Below are positions 9,789 through 19,517 of a stretch of 64,000 nucleotides of DNA, in pieces; the stretch's first letter is position 1; each line of letters begins with the position of its first letter. The translations under genes were made by a program, and so were the position numbers. The stretch comes from a virus, in the IMG/VR virus record IMGVR_UViG_3300046810_000322, positions 7,268 through 71,267 of that record; one strand, given 5' to 3'. Below the pieces are notes generated by a model. That model did not search any database. It was not told the DNA's origin and saw only the letters and a program-made list of their open reading frames with translations.

Positions 9789-10013
9789 CTAACCGGTGAA
9801 CCAGGCAAACGCCGTTTTGATGATGGACATGGTTACTTCTTTGTAGAACAACCATTTAGGCCAAACAAGGGGCCAGATCAAAAAGTCGATGACTGCCCAG
9901 AACCAGCTTTTATGCATTGACATGCCAATGATGGCAGTCAACGTGCCGAAGATCAAATAGAAAGGACGGAGCAACATGTATATATCCTCATATCGGAGGG
10001 ATTGGTCAGCCAA
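9789..10013 (-). CDS. Small membrane protein
   Basis: 74 aa with two hydrophobic Trp-rich segments; AGGAGG RBS. Confidence 0.6.
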   Translation of the reverse strand: MADQSLRYEDIYMLLRPFYLIFGTLTAIIGMSMHKSWFWAVIDFLIWPLVWPKWLFYKEVTMSIIKTAFAWFTG

Positions 10014-10027
10014 TCCCTCCTTGTAAA

Positions 10028-11581
10028 TTAAGCAGCTTTAGCGAAGCCGTACAGCTCTTTGCCTTCCTTCATGTCGCTCAGCAACGGGCCGTAAGCTACG
10101 GTGTTCAGGATCTTCTCGAACGGCCCCTTGTTGATCTTGGCTGCTGCTTCAGGACCAACCAGCTTGTCGTACCAGTACGGATGGTAACCGCCGTGGTACA
10201 TACGCCACAGGTCGATGGTCGACAGTTCTGGGATTGGACTTTCACCCAAGCACCAGTAACCGCGCGTCTGGAGCAGAACAGTCCAGTCGTAGCCGCGTGC
10301 GGTCAAACCCTTGTGCAGCTCGTCTGGTGCCACGAACCAACCTTCTTCCGTGACCCACGACCAGTGCTCTTCCATCTGCTTCATTTCCATCGTGAAGTTC
10401 AGCGCACGGCAGAACAATGGATCTTCATCGATCTTCGCTCGTACAGTGTTGCGGGTAGCAGTCACACCTGGATACAGATGCATGGCCATGATCGAACCGC
10501 CGCCGCCGGATACTTCCATGCCCCAGCGCTTACGGGAACGCAAGTAGTGGAACTCGCTCAGCTCCGGCAGCACACCAGTCTTTTGCGAGACGAGGATTTC
10601 GTGCAACACACCCGATGGTCCACCTTTACTGCGCAGCTGCTTCAGCTTCGTCAGCTGCAGGTCGGAGTCTTTCGGACGGGCCGTCTTCGGATCGATTGGG
10701 TATTCCGGCTTCAGGTCGTCATCCCAGTACTTGTCCGATTGTTCAATCCACCAGCAATCGTGCGTGGCGAAGGTGAACTTGGAGGTAGCGCCCTTGAGTG
10801 CTTCGCCGGACGGCAGGTTCTTCAGCTGTTGGCGCGGTGGCGCATGTGGCGAGGCGCCGATGTCGGTGTTCTTACCGATCTGGGCGACCAGTACGGTGTA
10901 GTTGTTGGCCTGGATCGTGACGCGTGGCAGTTCGGACAGGAAGTTGGTCTTCACCAAACCTGCACGCATGTTCAGGATGTTCTGCGCGCCAGTGCCCAGT
11001 TCGGTCTTATCGCGAACAGCGTCCATGTCGTCGGTGTCGAAGTCGGTCAACGAATCGACGGCGCAGAATGTTGGAACGAACATCTTGAAGTGCGTCTTGC
11101 CACCACGGTCCATGAACGGCGTGTCGAAGCTGTTCTTGCGGTCCTTACGCTTGCCGTCCAGCCAGTCCTTGATCATGTCGAAGAACTTGTTGCCGCTGTA
11201 CTGAACTTTGTTGGTCAGACTGAATCGACCAGCCGAGAACAGATCACGGTTGCACAGAACCTTGACGGCCATTTGCAGCTCGGTCATGCGTGGTTCGTTC
11301 TTGTTGATTTCGGTATCGTAGAAGATACCGGCGCTTGGCGTTTCGAAGGTCCAGGACGTTACCCGCCCCATGGCGGTGTACATGAACCATTCGGCCAGCG
11401 TCGACTTGCCGACGTTGCCCTTGGCAGCGATCCCCAGAATGTAGGAGAAACCACCAGAGAGAACGTTCTGGCGATGGATGCCTTTGTAATACGTGCCATT
11501 CAGGATATCAAACCCTGCCCCCACTGGAATGGATGGATTGATATACGCTGCTGGCTGAAGGGTACCGGGTAATAAGCTCAC
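10028..11581 (-). CDS. uvsX: UvsX/RecA-like recombinase (phiKZ gp152-like)
   Basis: Walker A AKGNVGKST, YDTE, Walker B AVDSLT. Confidence 0.85.
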   Translation of the reverse strand: MSLLPGTLQPAAYINPSIPVGAGFDILNGTYYKGIHRQNVLSGGFSYILGIAAKGNVGKSTLAEWFMYTAMGRVTSWTFETPSAGIFYDTEINKNEPRMTELQMAVKVLCNRDLFSAGRFSLTNKVQYSGNKFFDMIKDWLDGKRKDRKNSFDTPFMDRGGKTHFKMFVPTFCAVDSLTDFDTDDMDAVRDKTELGTGAQNILNMRAGLVKTNFLSELPRVTIQANNYTVLVAQIGKNTDIGASPHAPPRQQLKNLPSGEALKGATSKFTFATHDCWWIEQSDKYWDDDLKPEYPIDPKTARPKDSDLQLTKLKQLRSKGGPSGVLHEILVSQKTGVLPELSEFHYLRSRKRWGMEVSGGGGSIMAMHLYPGVTATRNTVRAKIDEDPLFCRALNFTMEMKQMEEHWSWVTEEGWFVAPDELHKGLTARGYDWTVLLQTRGYWCLGESPIPELSTIDLWRMYHGGYHPYWYDKLVGPEAAAKINKGPFEKILNTVAYGPLLSDMKEGKELYGFAKAA

Positions 11582-11731
11582 TGCTTGCTCCGTGTTCTAT
11601 TGAATTCAAATGTTTGTTTTACTGCTACATGGCCAGATGATTGCTGGCCTTGGTTTAATTTTATGTAGATAATTCCGTTATGGATAACGGCGACAAGCCT
11701 CCTTGCCAACTTTTGTGAGACGATCATAATC

Positions 11732-12589
11732 ATGCATTCCAAAACCCCACTCCTGACCATTGATCCGCTCCAAGAGATCAACCACCTGCGTAACGTCATC
11801 AGCCAGGAAGCCATCTCCATGGATGGCATCGTGAACTCGTTGCAAAATCTGATTCCGAGCATCCAGAAGCACTTCCATGGTTTCATCCAAGGCTTCGCCA
11901 AGAACGAACCTGCCATCCAGCTGAAGGGCAATGAACGCGACTTCATCAAGCAGTTGGATGGTCGTGTGTACCTGAACCTGGCACCACTGCTGGCATACGT
12001 TCCAGAAGGCATGGAAGGCAGCTACATGGAGTATCTGCTGACACTGAAGGACGCAGTACAGCATTGCCATGACCGCACGCTGAAAACGCTGAACGACTAT
12101 TCCGTTTACCTGGCGCAGATCATTACCAACCGCCAGATGAAGATGACGACCATGCCGCACGAAAGCATGTACGCCAAAATGGAACAAGAGCGTACTCAGC
12201 TGACCGTTCGTCTGGCCAAGCACTTCAAAGCGGGTTCGTCGAAAGCCGAATCAACCTACGGCGAAGTCGTGGCCCGTAATGCGGAATGGGTTGATGTCTT
12301 TCAGCTGGTCAATCAAATCGACCTGATGGCCAACAGCATCCGCCGCGACGATCTGCACAAGAAAGCAGAAGAGTGCAACGCCCAGCTCAACACCATCATC
12401 AAACAGATCCGCAACAACGAGTTCGAAGGCGCCGGTCCTGAAGTGACCAACAACCTGTCGAACGGCGCGTACCAATCTGGCGCTGAACTGGAGCTGTTTG
12501 CAACGGTTTACTTCCGTGTCATCGTGGTCAACCAAGCCATCGCCGACACGATGAAGAAAGTCACCGACATCCTGAAGCAACAAAAGTAA
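11732..12589 (+). CDS. Virion (head) protein, phiKZ gp153-like
   Basis: 285 aa between uvsX and RNase H; N-terminal S-Q-E candidate prohead-protease site. Confidence 0.6.
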   Translation: MHSKTPLLTIDPLQEINHLRNVISQEAISMDGIVNSLQNLIPSIQKHFHGFIQGFAKNEPAIQLKGNERDFIKQLDGRVYLNLAPLLAYVPEGMEGSYMEYLLTLKDAVQHCHDRTLKTLNDYSVYLAQIITNRQMKMTTMPHESMYAKMEQERTQLTVRLAKHFKAGSSKAESTYGEVVARNAEWVDVFQLVNQIDLMANSIRRDDLHKKAEECNAQLNTIIKQIRNNEFEGAGPEVTNNLSNGAYQSGAELELFATVYFRVIVVNQAIADTMKKVTDILKQQK

Positions 12590-12590
12590 G

Positions 12591-12642
12591 GGCATAACCT
12601 CCCATCTATTCCCATTGGCGGGGAATAGATGGGGATTATGAC
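12591..12642. terminator. Bidirectional hairpin flanked by GGCATA/TATGAC
   Basis: CCCATCTATTCCC...GGGAATAGATGGG between convergent genes. Confidence 0.75.
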
Positions 12643-12655
12643 GTCTCGACGGATG

Positions 12656-13057
12656 CTAAGCACCCAACAGCGCAATGCGGTCTTTCAGGATCACCGAGAT
12701 ATCCTTTTCGATCTCTTCGGTGCTTCCGTAGTGCAGCCACTTCGGCATGCTGTTCAGGATGTTGCCAACAATGTGCGTGATGCGGTCGGAAGTGAACGAA
12801 CCTTCCATGACATCTTCTTGGCAGATCTCATACGACGTCTTACCGTTCCAGATCACCTTGGACAGGATAGCTGGAACAGCCAGTGCCGACTCGCCGGATT
12901 CCGATAATGCCAGAACCCGGTTCAGCTTGCTGAAGGTCTCTTGATCATACGTCGTTGCTCCTTTGAGCAGTGCTGCAAAGGACACCAGAAAGACCTGACG
13001 CTTGGTCTTTGTGGGCAGCCGTTTGTTCAGCTGTGAACTGACAAATTGCCTGAGCAT
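12656..13057 (-). CDS. Hypothetical protein
   Basis: 133-aa ORF, GAGGAG RBS. Confidence 0.7.
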   Translation of the reverse strand: MLRQFVSSQLNKRLPTKTKRQVFLVSFAALLKGATTYDQETFSKLNRVLALSESGESALAVPAILSKVIWNGKTSYEICQEDVMEGSFTSDRITHIVGNILNSMPKWLHYGSTEEIEKDISVILKDRIALLGA

Positions 13058-13105
13058 GATAGACTCCTCGAAGACACGGCTTCGTGTCGGTTAGTGCGCT
13101 TGACC

Positions 13106-14617
13106 TTAATTCAAAATCAAACGTAAGTTGCTGTAAGTGCCCGCCCAGATCCCACTTGCGCCCTTCACTTTAATGATGGTCGCGAATCGGAAGGCTTGTG
13201 GCTCTTCCAACCAGGTCACCAAACGAACTTCCGGTTCCATTTCTTCCAGTCGACGTAATGCATTGCGATCCAACAGATCTAAACCGAGCAGTAAATCGAT
13301 GGTCGCTTGACGAATCGTGCCGTCTGGGTGACGGTGATTGACAACGGCCTCCATGTTGGACACCCCGACTTTGAATTCAGGGCGCAACTTGATGAAACGT
13401 TTCTCTTCGCCTTTCTTGTTGGTTTCAACGACAGACTCATAAATTAACGGAGTCAGATCAGTTGTCACCATTTCGGAGTTACCGGCCTCGTAGTCATCGA
13501 GGATTTGCTTCAGCTGACTCAGCTCGTTCACACAACGCTGGATCAACAGCGGTGGGTTGTGTTCGCGGGTCACCAGTTCTTCACGGTTTGTGGTCACTGC
13601 GTCGAGATGGCTGGTCGATTGCGGTGGTTTGTTCAGCGGGATGTGGCCGTACTGACTGATCATGTCATGCACGTCTTTGCGGTAGATGTAATCCAGGCGC
13701 GCAATCATCACCGTGTCATCACCGTCGGCCAAACGACAACTGTGATTACGGACTTCTTCCAGCACCTTCTCTGGCTGTTCCAGACGGATGTAGGCGTATG
13801 CGCCGTTAGCCATGCGCTTGCCAGCCAGATCATCTTCCTTGTCGTGCTCGCCGATGCAGTACTCGCCCGGCGTGTTGTGGTCGAGCACCGTGTTGTAGTA
13901 CATACGGCGATGGCTGATGAAGGGATGCCGTTCGGTATCGTACTTCCAGTAACCTTCCGGTGGTGTCAGGTCGATGGCCTTGGCGTAGATGCCGTTGGTG
14001 GCGTGGCGCATACCAACGAAAGCCAGATCATCCACGATGCCGTTACCGAAGTTCCCTTCGACGTGACCTTCATTCCAGTTGATCGCCATGTCGATGCCCT
14101 TGGCTTTCACTTCGTCGTACAGTTCGATGTATTCCTTCCACATCTCAACGTTAGCCGGTGGCTGACGATCTGCCTTGAGCCAACCATTCTGACGCCACTT
14201 CAGTGCATGGGAGAAGCCGCCCGTGACGTATTTACTGTCGGTCCAGATACGGACACGCTTGATGTCGTGATCCAATGCCACACGGAGGGCTTCTATGGCC
14301 CCGCGCAGCTCACCTTGGTTGTTCGTGCTGCCACGCACAGGGTCTGGCTTCAGACCGCCGTAGCCGTCGACGTAGAACAGCGGCGTGACGAGTGGGGTAT
14401 TTGGTTGTGCGGCTTTGTCCGTCTTAGACATGTAGTCATTCGACGTCAAGACGTAGTCTGGGTTGCCGGTCCCTTTGGTTGGTGGAACATCTTCGTAGAT
14501 GTAACCATGGATGCCCCAGCCAGCGAATCCTGGATTAGGGCGAGCCGAGCCGTCGGAGTGAATCATCAAGCCGATCATTCCGCGTTCTTTTACTTCGGTC
14601 TTCTTCTTTTCAGCCAT
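13106..14617 (-). CDS. rnhA: Ribonuclease HI with C-terminal extension (phiKZ gp155-like)
   Basis: SDGSARPNPG, TNNQGEL, TDSKYV, GHVEGNFGNGIVDDLA catalytic motifs. Confidence 0.9.
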   Translation of the reverse strand: MAEKKKTEVKERGMIGLMIHSDGSARPNPGFAGWGIHGYIYEDVPPTKGTGNPDYVLTSNDYMSKTDKAAQPNTPLVTPLFYVDGYGGLKPDPVRGSTNNQGELRGAIEALRVALDHDIKRVRIWTDSKYVTGGFSHALKWRQNGWLKADRQPPANVEMWKEYIELYDEVKAKGIDMAINWNEGHVEGNFGNGIVDDLAFVGMRHATNGIYAKAIDLTPPEGYWKYDTERHPFISHRRMYYNTVLDHNTPGEYCIGEHDKEDDLAGKRMANGAYAYIRLEQPEKVLEEVRNHSCRLADGDDTVMIARLDYIYRKDVHDMISQYGHIPLNKPPQSTSHLDAVTTNREELVTREHNPPLLIQRCVNELSQLKQILDDYEAGNSEMVTTDLTPLIYESVVETNKKGEEKRFIKLRPEFKVGVSNMEAVVNHRHPDGTIRQATIDLLLGLDLLDRNALRRLEEMEPEVRLVTWLEEPQAFRFATIIKVKGASGIWAGTYSNLRLILN

Positions 14618-14702
14618 TACTTTACCTATCAGGAAAATGTTGAGAGCATACTGGTCTAGAGGATGACGACGCGGGATAAAAAACCACGTTGTCATCCTCG
14701 AC

Positions 14703-15152
14703 TCATTTGCTGATCACATCGCACTTCTCGTAGAAGTTCATTTGGGTCTTGCGGTGTTGCTTGCGGATGTCACTGATGTACGCCCGCAAGTCATCAATGT
14801 GCTTACGTTCGATGGCTTCAATCTCAGCGACGCCATGTGCTGCCTGCAACGCTTTGGAGGGGATCTCCGGTGGACGAGGCATCGCGTAGTACGGCGTTAC
14901 CTCGCACTTGCCTTTCGGCTTACTGGAGACGACAGGTGTTGCTTCTGGAGGGGGAATGCTGGGGATGTTGATTTGGAGCGGCATATGCTCGTCTTCATCA
15001 TCACCGTCATCCTTCTTTGGGGTAGCGTCAGGTTTTGCTTTGGTGATGGTGTACGTATTGAAGCTGTTGTTAAAGCTCCCGCAACTCGATACGCACACTG
15101 CACCAAAAAAGAGCAGGGTTATGTTGGTAAGACCTACGACAAAGCGTTTCAT
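14703..15152 (-). CDS. Lipoprotein, o-spanin-like
   Basis: Signal peptide with lipobox VSSC, Pro-rich region, C-terminal helix with Cys. Confidence 0.55.
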   Translation of the reverse strand: MKRFVVGLTNITLLFFGAVCVSSCGSFNNSFNTYTITKAKPDATPKKDDGDDEDEHMPLQINIPSIPPPEATPVVSSKPKGKCEVTPYYAMPRPPEIPSKALQAAHGVAEIEAIERKHIDDLRAYISDIRKQHRKTQMNFYEKCDVISK

Positions 15153-15175
15153 GCTTGTTTTCCTCATTAGCAAGA

Positions 15176-15619
15176 TTAATGTTCAGCGGCTTCTCTTTGA
15201 CGCATCCGTTCAAACTCAGCCTTGATTTCAGCTGCAGCATCCGGTTCCGGCTTGACCGCGGTATCACTCTTTGCTACGCGTGGCGGTTTGTTCTTCACTT
15301 CAGTAACAACTTCTGAATTGTTATTACCGAGCGGATGCTTGGCTGTGCTCTCTACGCCTTTACCAGCAAGCACGACTTGATACTTCTTTTCCAGTTCTTG
15401 CTTGGCGCGTGAGAGTTCTAAATAGTTAAACGCCATCGAGCCGACCTTGACAACCAAGATCAGGTTAGCGATGAGCGAAGCGGTCACGACAATCCCGAGG
15501 ATAGTTTTGCCGCGGTTTTCCTTGAAAGCTTGCTTCCAGGACTTCTTACCAATGAGCATCTCTTTGATGAATGGCATCAGGTAAGGAATGACTTTGAATA
15601 TGACAACGAAGAAAGACAT
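15176..15619 (-). CDS. Membrane protein, i-spanin-like
   Basis: One TM helix followed by coiled coil, directly upstream of the lipoprotein. Confidence 0.5.
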   Translation of the reverse strand: MSFFVVIFKVIPYLMPFIKEMLIGKKSWKQAFKENRGKTILGIVVTASLIANLILVVKVGSMAFNYLELSRAKQELEKKYQVVLAGKGVESTAKHPLGNNNSEVVTEVKNKPPRVAKSDTAVKPEPDAAAEIKAEFERMRQREAAEH

Positions 15620-15733
15620 CCTTTTATCCTTTAGGTTATTTTATAGACACAGGGCCATTATTCTACCAGTGAACTGGGGGAACCTGGGCCTCTTATTACT
15701 TTTTTCACCACGCCAAGTTGGCAGGAGAATTCG

Positions 15734-17047
15734 ATGTATGCACTGAAAGGCTTTATCTCTAACACCCCCTTCTCCGACAACACCCCTGGTGCGAAGGCGA
15801 AACTGGGTGAGCTGTCGAAGCACAGCCGGACATTCTCGCGTGAGTCGGGCGAGTACAGCGATCAGGACATTGCGCCTAATCTGACCCTCACGACGTTCAT
15901 CTCCAAGAACGGCGATGTATCGGTTGAGATGCCCGCGCTGATCACCAAACAAACGTTGGAGGTGGCCAACTTCATTTATGCTCAGACGCTGGGCGGCCAA
16001 CTGGATATCCTGCCAGCGGTGATGCTGGAAAATCTGCTGACGGACTTCGTTGGCAAAGCAAGCGAGTTCGAGTGCGGTAACATGGTGTCGAATGGCGTAT
16101 ACACGCTGCCTGAATGGGTGTCGTGGAAATGCTTGAACGACCCGGCTCATCCAGACAATTTCCTGAAGGTCTGGTTCGTCGATAACAGCTTCCAGCAGCA
16201 GTACGACGAATACGAAATCTACGTGATCCCGCCGCTGGCGGTCTTGAATAACTTCTTCAAGCCTGGCAGCGAAGTGGAAGCCATGATTGATAACCTGACC
16301 AGTTCCGATACCATGGAACGGATTCAGGCTGCCAAGGCAGGTTATCCAGAAACGGTAGTACGGACCAATACGTACAACTATATCGACCCGCTGAATTCGG
16401 CGCACGTGGTGCCAACCGACTGGAGTGTGTTGATCTACGGCGCCGCTGGCGACAACGTGGACGCGATCAAAGATGCACTGATGGCCTACATCCTGGCTAA
16501 CAGCACGCATACCCGCAATGAATGGACGAAGATCTTCCCGGACATTTTCAAGCGCACGGAATTCATTCTGTTGCCTTTGTGGGATCAGTACGCGATTCCT
16601 AATCGCGAGCTGGCGACTGGCATTTACTCGCCACAGATCCAATTGGCAACAGTAGTTTCCAAAATGAAACAATTCGCCACGCAATACCCAGAGGCTCATA
16701 TTGATTCGCATCTGACGATGATGGGTCATCCATACCGCTCTTTGGCGCTGGTTTCTATCGGCTCTCCGGACAACCGGAATACCCAGTTCAAGCTGTTGGA
16801 TATCTTCCCAGATCTGATCGCAGTCTCGTCAACTTCGGTCGATTTCAACCGCATGAGCCAGATCACTCAGGACTGGGCATCCATGTTGGCCAACATGCTG
16901 GTGACTGCAGAAAGCATGAGCGAGTTCGCCAGCATCCCAAGCGGCATGATGAAGGTGACCCGCGACGGCATCCTGTACCTGACAAAGAGCTACCGCAACA
17001 TCAACTACCTGATGGTGGCGAAATCGAACCTGAATGAGGTTGGCTAA
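15734..17047 (+). CDS. Virion structural protein (phiKZ gp157-like)
   Basis: 437 aa; MYxLKGF...GELS..S.TFSR..G.Y N-terminus recalled from this family. Confidence 0.65.
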   Translation: MYALKGFISNTPFSDNTPGAKAKLGELSKHSRTFSRESGEYSDQDIAPNLTLTTFISKNGDVSVEMPALITKQTLEVANFIYAQTLGGQLDILPAVMLENLLTDFVGKASEFECGNMVSNGVYTLPEWVSWKCLNDPAHPDNFLKVWFVDNSFQQQYDEYEIYVIPPLAVLNNFFKPGSEVEAMIDNLTSSDTMERIQAAKAGYPETVVRTNTYNYIDPLNSAHVVPTDWSVLIYGAAGDNVDAIKDALMAYILANSTHTRNEWTKIFPDIFKRTEFILLPLWDQYAIPNRELATGIYSPQIQLATVVSKMKQFATQYPEAHIDSHLTMMGHPYRSLALVSIGSPDNRNTQFKLLDIFPDLIAVSSTSVDFNRMSQITQDWASMLANMLVTAESMSEFASIPSGMMKVTRDGILYLTKSYRNINYLMVAKSNLNEVG

Positions 17048-17676
17048 TGGCAACAGCTTACCTTCTCCCTAACATCGGGGCGACGGGGGCGATCAAACTG
17101 GCGGCGCCATTTGAAGCAATGTGCGCACCCAACGTCCCTTACCGGGTCAGCGGGCTGCGCACATTCCAAGATGTTGTCGCCGATGGTAAAGATCCCTACC
17201 TCGTCCACTACGAACCATACGGCATTACAGATGCCAAGTACATCCAAGATGCGTCGGATGATGTCTGCATTGTTTCTCTGACGTCACCATCTGGCGACAC
17301 AGTGACGGTGCCGAATAGCTATCTGCTCTCGTTGCCGGTGTCGACTGGCATACCCTACGCTACCATGATGGTCGGTATCAATCTGGGTGCCCTTCCAATG
17401 GACTTGAGTCTGTCGTACTTCATGACCACGGTGAAACAGTTGGCCCATGACTTGCTCGGCATTAACAATGCTGATGTTAAAGCCATCAAGGGTTCGTCCG
17501 AAACGTATGTATCGCTCGCTGACGCTAATTCCATTGAAGCAGCCCGTAAGGTGATCATGGAAACTGTCGTGACGGATGCAGCTAAGCTGCGTGCCTCGGA
17601 AGAAGCACGTGCGGCACTACAGGCCATTAACAGCGACCTGGAAGCATATATCTTAACCCGCCTACCACCTCCGTAG
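17047..17676 (+). CDS. Conserved hypothetical (probable virion) protein
   Basis: 209 aa, TAATG stop/start coupling. Confidence 0.7.
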   Translation: MATAYLLPNIGATGAIKLAAPFEAMCAPNVPYRVSGLRTFQDVVADGKDPYLVHYEPYGITDAKYIQDASDDVCIVSLTSPSGDTVTVPNSYLLSLPVSTGIPYATMMVGINLGALPMDLSLSYFMTTVKQLAHDLLGINNADVKAIKGSSETYVSLADANSIEAARKVIMETVVTDAAKLRASEEARAALQAINSDLEAYILTRLPPP

Positions 17677-17683
17677 AGAAACC

Positions 17684-19120
17684 ATGCAAAGACATTTTCA
17701 ACCGCCCTCTAGTCCGACAGTTACTTTGTCGGTCGAAGAAGAGGCAATTGCCGCCGACGAACAAAACCAGATCGTTGCCGATCTGGCAGAAGTAACACAA
17801 GAAACTGGTCGTGTCTCCGATATGGAAGCCACGATGGCTGATGCCCGCACAGCAGTAATGTCCACTGCCGAAGTTACCCCCGTTGAAGTTCAGCTGGTAG
17901 CAGCTGTCGCCGACATGGCTGTGGCTGGTACGGATGCTAATCCAGATGACGTAATTGTTATCCCAGGAGAAGGTGTCACAACCGAAGGTATCATCTCGGC
18001 AGTCAGCTCACGGCTGGCTAGCTTCTGGAAAACCATCCGTGAATTGATTAGTAAAGCGATGGATTACATCGTCTCTTTCTTCAAGAAAGTGGGTCAGCTG
18101 ATCGGCATTGGCAAACAGAAAGAGAAGAAACTGGAAGAAGCTTTGCAAAAAGAAGCCATGGTGAAGAAAGCGAAGCCGGAAGAATTGGCTGAGTTCAAGA
18201 AGGTACACCATACTCCAACGCCAGTTTCATCGCATCACGCCCCAGCTCACGTTACGGCGCCGACAGTAACGGCTGGTTCGCTTGTTTCATCCCAGCCGGG
18301 TATCGAACAAACCGCCAAACATGCTCCGGTTACTTTCATCGATCTGCATGGCGTTGACATCTCCTATCTCCACCTGCCTGGTAAACCAATCAGCAGCGAG
18401 ACGTTCGAGAAAGATTTTGGTCTGCTCGATACCTTGATTGGTGACGCCATTCATGTGGTGCTCGATAAAAGCACCACCATGGCAAGAAGGATTACCGGAC
18501 AGGCGACGCACATCGCTTCGAATCATGACAATCTGCAGAACATCGCTGATGAAATAGTCAGCAGTTATGCCGAGTATGTTAATTCTATCATGTCATCTCT
18601 GGGCGTTGACTCACAGACGCAGGAGTTTCCCTTTACTCTAGGCGGTATCATGGTTGGCAGCCATCACACCAAAAAAGAGAAGATCGGCGAACACGAAGTT
18701 GGCCCTATCCAGGCTCGTCGTTATTCTCATGGCGCCGAGCCAAGTGGAGCTAACATCAAAGCACTCGACGAAGCACAGTGCAAACGCGTGCTGGCGGTCG
18801 CCCAAGACTGGACGATGTTCCTGGAAGATAAAACAACGGAACGTCGTGTTGACAGACTCAGTGGTGTGGTCGAAGCCATGATGAAAGCAATTGATAAGAT
18901 TGCTACCATGCCTACACCGGAAGGTGTGGACGCGACGGCGTTTGATGAAAACCGTCGCGCGGCAATCAAAGTTGCAAACTGGTTGAGTATGTCGGCCAGC
19001 AGCACAGTGACTAACCTGATGGTCTGGGGGTCGCGTGCGATAGCTGCCGGTGTTGGCTACGCTGTACAGTCGACCGATCTGCGTATCAACAACATCGTCG
19101 AAGAAAAACAAGTGGCATAA
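17684..19120 (+). CDS. Internal head / inner-body protein (phiKZ gp93/gp162 family-like)
   Basis: Acidic propeptide with S-V-E and T-T-E sites followed by an amphipathic W..I...I..A...I..FF helix. Confidence 0.65.
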   Translation: MQRHFQPPSSPTVTLSVEEEAIAADEQNQIVADLAEVTQETGRVSDMEATMADARTAVMSTAEVTPVEVQLVAAVADMAVAGTDANPDDVIVIPGEGVTTEGIISAVSSRLASFWKTIRELISKAMDYIVSFFKKVGQLIGIGKQKEKKLEEALQKEAMVKKAKPEELAEFKKVHHTPTPVSSHHAPAHVTAPTVTAGSLVSSQPGIEQTAKHAPVTFIDLHGVDISYLHLPGKPISSETFEKDFGLLDTLIGDAIHVVLDKSTTMARRITGQATHIASNHDNLQNIADEIVSSYAEYVNSIMSSLGVDSQTQEFPFTLGGIMVGSHHTKKEKIGEHEVGPIQARRYSHGAEPSGANIKALDEAQCKRVLAVAQDWTMFLEDKTTERRVDRLSGVVEAMMKAIDKIATMPTPEGVDATAFDENRRAAIKVANWLSMSASSTVTNLMVWGSRAIAAGVGYAVQSTDLRINNIVEEKQVA

Positions 19121-19122
19121 GC

Positions 19123-19165
19123 GCCATAGCTCCCGCTACCCCTTCGGGTAGCGGGAGTGTATGCC
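19123..19165. terminator. Bidirectional hairpin flanked by GCCATA/TATGCC
   Basis: CTCCCGCTACCC-cttc-GGGTAGCGGGAG. Confidence 0.75.
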
Positions 19166-19166
19166 G

Positions 19167-19508
19167 TTAGTCCGGCTGTGGCAGGTCGTACTTCATCCAT
19201 GCGCGGAACAAGTCCTTGTTCTCCAGGTACAGGATGTCATGGTCGACGAACAGTGTGTGAGTAGCGCGGTCGCCAACCAAGCGCATCTTGCCCAGATCCA
19301 GCTCAGGCATATGCACTTTCATCGGTTCGATCGACATGCCTGGAATGCGGCCGAAGCGATCGCGCCAGTACTTGGCTGTCAGCTCGTCTTTGAACAGCAC
19401 GACAACTTTCTCGCCTTTCGTGGCAGCAGTTGCTGCCTCCAGCATCATGCGGGTGCTGCGGCCGGTCTGACGTTTCAGGTGGTCAGGATCTTTGAATATT
19501 GCGCTCAT
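19167..19508 (-). CDS. Small P-loop-like hypothetical protein
   Basis: RQTGRST, GEKVVV, LFVDH; AGGAG RBS. Confidence 0.6.
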   Translation of the reverse strand: MSAIFKDPDHLKRQTGRSTRMMLEAATAATKGEKVVVLFKDELTAKYWRDRFGRIPGMSIEPMKVHMPELDLGKMRLVGDRATHTLFVDHDILYLENKDLFRAWMKYDLPQPD

Positions 19509-19517
19509 GTTTTCTCC

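Noticed and set aside
10181-11572. 463-aa plus-strand ORF (and similar ones at 13505, 23408, 38670)
   Set aside because: Antisense to genes with clear motifs, with typical shadow composition
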